NCBI GenBank assembly: GCA_965217865.1
Contig: CBDCJO010000002.1
Coordinates: 1,088,001 to 1,152,000, forward strand
Length of the DNA: 64,000 nt
Origin: Candidatus Latescibacterota bacterium
GTDB lineage: Bacteria > Latescibacterota > UBA2968 > SICM01
Reading direction: 5' to 3'
Shown here: in pieces, positions 58,965 to 64,000 of the stretch
How the letters are laid out: each line of letters begins with the position of its first letter
Numbering within the stretch: the stretch's first letter is position 1
Made by a program: the position numbers and the translations under genes
Notes under the pieces: model-generated
The model's database searches: none
Told to the model about the DNA's origin: nothing
What the model saw: only the letters and a program-made list of their open reading frames with translations

Positions 58965-60476
58965 TTATGCCCCCCAGGTTCTCGGCATCCACAGAGACTC
59001 TTTTCCCATTTCAGCAAACAGAAGCTTCGTGATCAGCCTCGCCTTCAGATCAGCGCACCCGGGATCGCCCCAGAGGTTGTGAATCTCGCCGGGGTCCGTC
59101 TGCAGGTCGAAGATCTCTCCGTAGTCCCTGTTGTAGTATACAGTGATCTTATATCGTTCGTCGATGTAGGTTTTCACGTGAATCGTCGTCGGTTCGTGAC
59201 GATTCTCGGCGAGGACGTGATCCCGCACCCCCTCCTTTTGACCGAACCAAACGTCGCTCTGGTCCACGCCTGTCATCGTCCGGGGGATGGCCAGGCCGGC
59301 TGCGCTGAGAAAAGAAGGCGCCAGGTCGACGAGGGACTGGAGAGCCTCGGAGCGGTGTCCGGACGGAACCCGGCCGGGCATTCGCACGATGAAAGGAACC
59401 CGCAGCAGGTCTTCAAAATGAAAGGCCCCCTTGGCGATCATACCGTGCTGCCCGAAGAGATGGCCGTGATCGGAGGCGAAAACAACCAGGGTGTCCTCCG
59501 TCAGATCGAGGGCGTCGAGCCGCTCCAGAATCAGCCCGATGTACTTGTCCATCAGGCTGATCATGCCGTAATAAACGGCGATATCCCGGGCGAGCTCCCC
59601 CTTCTCGTGCACGTGGGTGTGAAATCCATGGAGACTCTGTCCACTCTCTCCCCATGGCGAGAAGTCCGGATTTTTCTCCTGGGTCAGTTTGAAATGAGGG
59701 GGATTCCGGTCGTGTTCCCCCTCAGCGACGGTTGGAACCGTGAGGGCGTCTGGACGGTACATCGTATCCCAAGGTTCGGGCGCCAGGTAAGGCGGATGAG
59801 GGTCGAAGAAGCTTGTCCAGAGGAGGAAACTCTCACTTTTTCTCTTGTAGGATTCCAGGAGAGCGCACGTCCGCTCCGCGATCCAGGTGTCGTAATGGAA
59901 TTCTTCCGGAATAAGCCACTTGCGTTTTTGATCCGGGTTGTTTCCGGTGGGAGGTTGAAAATAGTCGCGCCAGTTCGCACATCCCTTCTCCTCCATCCAG
60001 AGGGCGTAATGCTGCCCGACGAGATGCTCGTCGGCATGATTCCGGGCAAGCTCGACACGGTCGAATCCGTAGAAAGGCCCGTGAAAGCTTTCCCAGAATT
60101 TCAGATCTTGTAGGAGGGGAAGGCTCTCTATAGACGGGAATTCGTCCGAGCCCTTCACCGGCTGGAAATGGGCCTTACCGACGAGAGCGGTCCGGTAGCC
60201 AGCGGCACTGAAGTCCTCTCCTATGGTGTGTTCGGATTCGGGTAGTTTGGTGCCCAACGACCAGGCCCCATGCTGGCTGGGATATTTACCGGTAATGATC
60301 GACGCCCGGGTTGGCGTACAGGTTGGATTGGGACAGTAAGCGCGGGTGAAAAGACTTCCCTGTTCCGCGAAGCGGTCCAGGTTCGGAGTTCGAATCTCGG
60401 GGTTGAGACAGCCGAGTGTGTTCCAGTGCTGCTGATCGCTCGTGATCAGTAAGATGTTGGGCCGTTCCCTGGACAA
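58965..60476 (-). CDS. Formylglycine-dependent sulfatase (Cys-type)
   Basis: PNILLITSDQ, CTPTRASIITG, GKAH, DPHPP, SDHG. Confidence 0.95.
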   Translation of the reverse strand: MSRERPNILLITSDQQHWNTLGCLNPEIRTPNLDRFAEQGSLFTRAYCPNPTCTPTRASIITGKYPSQHGAWSLGTKLPESEHTIGEDFSAAGYRTALVGKAHFQPVKGSDEFPSIESLPLLQDLKFWESFHGPFYGFDRVELARNHADEHLVGQHYALWMEEKGCANWRDYFQPPTGNNPDQKRKWLIPEEFHYDTWIAERTCALLESYKRKSESFLLWTSFFDPHPPYLAPEPWDTMYRPDALTVPTVAEGEHDRNPPHFKLTQEKNPDFSPWGESGQSLHGFHTHVHEKGELARDIAVYYGMISLMDKYIGLILERLDALDLTEDTLVVFASDHGHLFGQHGMIAKGAFHFEDLLRVPFIVRMPGRVPSGHRSEALQSLVDLAPSFLSAAGLAIPRTMTGVDQSDVWFGQKEGVRDHVLAENRHEPTTIHVKTYIDERYKITVYYNRDYGEIFDLQTDPGEIHNLWGDPGCADLKARLITKLLFAEMGKESLWMPRTWGA

Positions 60477-60520
60477 ATCGATTTTTTCTTTATGATTGAA
60501 CGCCTGGCGCCGCCGACCGC

Positions 60521-61519
60521 CTATTGAGGAACGGCCATCATCTCCCGCTTAACCTCTTCCACAACCGCCTCATTCAGACCTTTGAACCGTTGAAGAATCT
60601 CCCGCCCCTCCTCGATTCGCCCCCGCCGAAGCATCGCATTTCCCAGGCCATAGGTTGCCCACGGGTTTTCCGATGCAACCCGAAGCGCCCCTTCGAACGT
60701 CTCTTGCGCAGCGTCGTTCCGGCCTAACCGCAAATAGACGTCCCCCAGCGCACACATAGCCTGAACAAAACTCGTATCGGATGCCACGGCCCGCGCATAT
60801 GCGACACGGGCTTTCTCCAACCGTCCCTGAGCGACGAAGATCCATCCCAGGTTAAAGTGTGCTTTGGGCTCGATCGGGTTGGGGGATGGGAACGCCGGGT
60901 GGGGGGTAAAAATCTTTCCCCACAGACCTTTCAACAGCATGGCGGTTCCCAGGCTGAAATTCACTAAGGCCGGACCCGGCCCCCGTCCGATCAGCCTCCA
61001 TCCATCATCCCAGAGCCTCTGACTTTCGAGCCGGCTTGATTCCGTTGTCCTCCGAAGATTCGCCTCCGCTTCCTCATACTCCCCTTGCCATAACAGCACC
61101 GTCCCCAGATTGAAATTAGCGTTCGCTCTGTCATACGAACCCTCCGGGGTGACGTGAACACCTCTCCTCAAAATATCCTCCGCTTCGTCGAGACGACCGG
61201 CTGTCGCGTGCAAATCCGCAAGCTCCAGGTATGCGAAGATTTCGAAAGGCGATAAACGAATCGTCTCCTCAAATGCTCGCACGGCAGCCGGGCTTTCTCC
61301 CCTCTTTTTACGGATGACCCCGATATTCACGTGAGCGGACGACATTTCCGGGTCCAGGTCCGCTGCCATCTCGAAAGCTCGGAGAGCCGCTTCATCCCTC
61401 CCGGAATCCGCCCGGGCAACCCCCATCTCGAAGAAAAGCCGAGCCTGGTCGGAATCACACCTCCCATCCTGGGAGACCGCCAAGAGAGCCACGCAGAAAA
61501 GGATTACCGAATGGATCAT
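60521..61519 (-). CDS. TPR protein with N-terminal signal-like peptide
   Basis: Hydrophobic N-terminus; repeats AHVNIG, AYLELA, ANFNLG, AHFNLG, ATYGLG. Confidence 0.85.
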   Translation of the reverse strand: MIHSVILFCVALLAVSQDGRCDSDQARLFFEMGVARADSGRDEAALRAFEMAADLDPEMSSAHVNIGVIRKKRGESPAAVRAFEETIRLSPFEIFAYLELADLHATAGRLDEAEDILRRGVHVTPEGSYDRANANFNLGTVLLWQGEYEEAEANLRRTTESSRLESQRLWDDGWRLIGRGPGPALVNFSLGTAMLLKGLWGKIFTPHPAFPSPNPIEPKAHFNLGWIFVAQGRLEKARVAYARAVASDTSFVQAMCALGDVYLRLGRNDAAQETFEGALRVASENPWATYGLGNAMLRRGRIEEGREILQRFKGLNEAVVEEVKREMMAVPQ

Positions 61520-61537
61520 CGGGATCGTTCTTCATAA

Positions 61538-62122
61538 GAATATTGAATATCGGAAGTTTCTATCTTTTTATCTCAAGGCTTAATTTCTGCAATGGAGATC
61601 TTCAATGTTCAACCTTCAATTTCCTCAGACCTCTTGACCCCTGACTACCGGTTTTTACTTCCCTTACCTCCGTCCTCCCCCTGCCTTTCCTTCCACTGCC
61701 ACCTGCTATTGCCTTTTCCCGACCTCACCCGTCCTTCGACTCCGTTCCGCAAAAAACGCGGAACTCCGCTCAGGAAGTGTTCATTATGGCGAGGGGAGAT
61801 GTTTGAACTTTGGATAAAATATAAGCGCCATCCCCCTTCCCGTCTCGGGAAGGGGGCGCAGGGAGTTAGGTCTGACACCCGATCGAACTTTATACGTCCG
61901 TCAAAACCATCCTGACTTGATGAGGCCTTGTCTCTCCCCGGTATCTCGCTCTTACTTCCCTGACCTCCCTCCTCCCCATGCCTTTCCTGCCACTGCCTTT
62001 TCCCGTCTCGCGTCTGCCAACTGAGTTGAATTTAAGTCTTCTTCTGACTTCTGTATTCTGTATTCCGGTGAGGATGGGCGGAAGGGCCTTCCTTCAATCG
62101 TCCATCGTCAATGGTCCATCGT
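61538..62122 (+). repeat. Composite intergenic repeat region
   Basis: GAATATTGAATATCGG head, CTGCC modules, GTCCTTCGAC..GCTCAGGA hairpin (61731-61775), element E (61831-61929), CTTCTGA and TCCATCG tracts. Confidence 0.75.
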
Positions 62123-63286
62123 CTATCTTCCTTCCCCGACTCCCCACTCCGGAGGCTCACACGCGAGAATCATCTCCTCCGTAAGCTGCCCGTAGCCCAC
62201 CCGGGCGACCGCCGTCTCCCCTTCCAGACCCGTGGTCGTGTCCTCAATCGTGCTTCCCACCCAGGTATACGCAGGTCCGGTCTTCATCGTGTAGACGATA
62301 TGTATGACCCCCTCCGGGTCCTGAATCGCAGAGGGGTAACAGACGAAGCGATCCCGGTCCAGCACCAGTTCGGCGCAGAATGTCCGTCCGTCGTCCTCCG
62401 ACAGAGCGGCCGTGAGGAGGCTCCTCCCCGCGTACTCGTCCGCCGGAGGCCGGTCTTTGTACCCGACCCGCGACGCAAATGTGGCGTTGTTAAGCAGAAG
62501 GATTCGTCCGGAGGCGAGTTTCAAAAGGAAGGGCTTGGTTCCAGGGTTGGGGATCCCCGTTTCGCGAATATCGATCCACGAGTCCCCTTCGTCGTCCGAA
62601 AAACCCTCGAACAACCTCCCTCCGGTTGTCCGATAAAGCGCCCAGAGCCTTCCGTCCTCCCGTTGAATGAAGGTGGCTTCATCTATCCCCCCCGGCACCT
62701 GTTCCGTCGTCGCCTGTTCCCGGTTGACCCAAGTCCTTCCCTGGTCGTCCGACGAGCGGACATATTGGAAAGGTCCGTTCTGCATCGGAACGATCCACCG
62801 CCCGCTGCTCAGGACGATCGGGGGATTGACAGCCCAGTTGCCCGTCTCGTGCCCGATCCATGGCTGAACATCGCTGATCCAGACCGCTTGACCATCAACG
62901 GTGAGGATTCCGGAAAAAGCGCGTCTTTCACGGTCCCCCTTCCGAAAACCGGGGCAATCCCCTTCCCCCCACTGTATCCAGATCTTCCCGTCCGGTCGGG
63001 TCCAAAGCAACGGATCAAACCCCCGCCACCCATCGTCGGGGTCGATCATCCCTTCCAGGGGAGTCCAGGTGGGGCCGTTGTCAAAAGACCTTGCAAAGGC
63101 GATCACGTTGTCCGGCTCGGCCTCCGCCCTCGGTCCACCGATAACCGCGACGACGAGCGTCCCCGAAGGACTCCGGGCGATGGTTGCCACGTGAACGAAA
63201 AGGCCCCATTTCTCCTCCAGGACCAGTCCCTTGGCCTCTCGGAATGGCATATTTCGAAACAACTCCGTGTCGATCACGAAAATCAC
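62123..63286 (-). CDS. BNR/sialidase-like protein
   Basis: SFDNGPTW, SDDQGRTW, SDDEGDSW, SEDDGRTF, YPSA; GGAGG RBS. Confidence 0.85.
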   Translation of the reverse strand: MIFVIDTELFRNMPFREAKGLVLEEKWGLFVHVATIARSPSGTLVVAVIGGPRAEAEPDNVIAFARSFDNGPTWTPLEGMIDPDDGWRGFDPLLWTRPDGKIWIQWGEGDCPGFRKGDRERRAFSGILTVDGQAVWISDVQPWIGHETGNWAVNPPIVLSSGRWIVPMQNGPFQYVRSSDDQGRTWVNREQATTEQVPGGIDEATFIQREDGRLWALYRTTGGRLFEGFSDDEGDSWIDIRETGIPNPGTKPFLLKLASGRILLLNNATFASRVGYKDRPPADEYAGRSLLTAALSEDDGRTFCAELVLDRDRFVCYPSAIQDPEGVIHIVYTMKTGPAYTWVGSTIEDTTTGLEGETAVARVGYGQLTEEMILACEPPEWGVGEGR

Positions 63287-63292
63287 CTCCCC

Positions 63293-63470
63293 AATTCATT
63301 GAATATTGAACAACCCATGAATTTCTTGCGGGCTTATGGATCTTTCAATATTCAATCCTCAATCTTCAATGCCCTTTTCGATCTTCAATTTCCCCTGACC
63401 TCTGACCTCTGGCCCTTGACCCCCCACCTCCGACCCCAATCTTCAATATTCAATCTTCATTCTTCAATTT
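63293..63470 (+). repeat. Heptamer tract
   Basis: TTGAATATTGAA head, TCAATCT/TCAATAT and CTGACCT repeats; supplies the stop codon of the upstream gene. Confidence 0.75.
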
Positions 63471-64000
63471 CTCTTGTCCCATACCCCCAGTTCTTCCAAA
63501 CGGGACAGGTGACTCTGAAGGCTGTCCTTTTTCTTATCGAACCCGTTGAACAGAGGAGAGGTGTCCATATCATACACCTCCGGACGGTCGAGAAGCGCCT
63601 CCGCCTCATCGCACAGGCTGAAAGCCCGCTCGGCCTTCAGAACCAAGACCCCTTCTGCAGCCTTGCGGCATCGTCCGATCGAATCAAAAATATCCTTTCT
63701 GATCGTCTCTCGTTCCATAATGCTCCAGGCCCGCTCTCGCTTCCGGAGGCTGAAGAAGATGAGAGTCACCTCTCTCAGAATGCGTGCGAAGCCGAGCAGT
63801 TGTGACAGTTGTTCCTTCAGAGCTATATGATCTTCGGGATCGAGGTCTCCGCAAACCTCATCCAGAAACCGGAGCTTTTCCTCACACGCTTCGATCGCCC
63901 GATCCTTCTCCTCAAGCAGCGACGGGATATCATCCGCCATCCGATCCAACCTGGAGACCGCTTCGGGATTGGACCGGCCGCAGTAGTCCACAACGATATA
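63464..64000 (-). CDS. 3' part of a hypothetical protein (partial)
   Basis: Open frame running to the window edge, helical composition. Confidence 0.6.
   Translation of the reverse strand, partial: YIVVDYCGRSNPEAVSRLDRMADDIPSLLEEKDRAIEACEEKLRFLDEVCGDLDPEDHIALKEQLSQLLGFARILREVTLIFFSLRKRERAWSIMERETIRKDIFDSIGRCRKAAEGVLVLKAERAFSLCDEAEALLDRPEVYDMDTSPLFNGFDKKKDSLQSHLSRLEELGVWDKRN

Noticed and set aside
62111-63805. 564-aa plus-strand ORF
   Set aside because: Antisense shadow of the BNR gene and the next gene, running through a repeat tract; no recognisable motifs.

Overview
A GC-rich bacterial chromosomal window with no rRNA, tRNA or CRISPR array that I could detect. It is dominated by small-molecule and glycan catabolism: GH32-like and BNR/sialidase-like propellers, several uncharacterised TIM-barrel glycosidase-like proteins (including a tandem duplicate), five PhyH-type Fe/2OG dioxygenases, a class III aminotransferase, amidase, GGT-family hydrolase, sulfatase, SDR, and MFS, Nramp-like and DUF6785-like transporters. 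This content resembles Latescibacterota/Poribacteria-type genomes (inference only). Embedded in it are a ligD-ku NHEJ operon whose third gene encodes a TPR protein with a clamp-binding-like QFNLF motif and a C-terminal DUF433 domain, an intact IS630 and a PcfJ-domain protein. The intergenic space holds several repeat families: a three-copy element that looks like an IS200-type tnpA collapsed to its first and last codons, a MITE with IS630-like ends, nested REP-like hairpins, and heptamer tracts mostly polarised to one strand. Several genes carry single-base frameshifts, mostly in homopolymers, which are probably sequencing errors. All family calls come from motif recognition by eye; no database searches were run.
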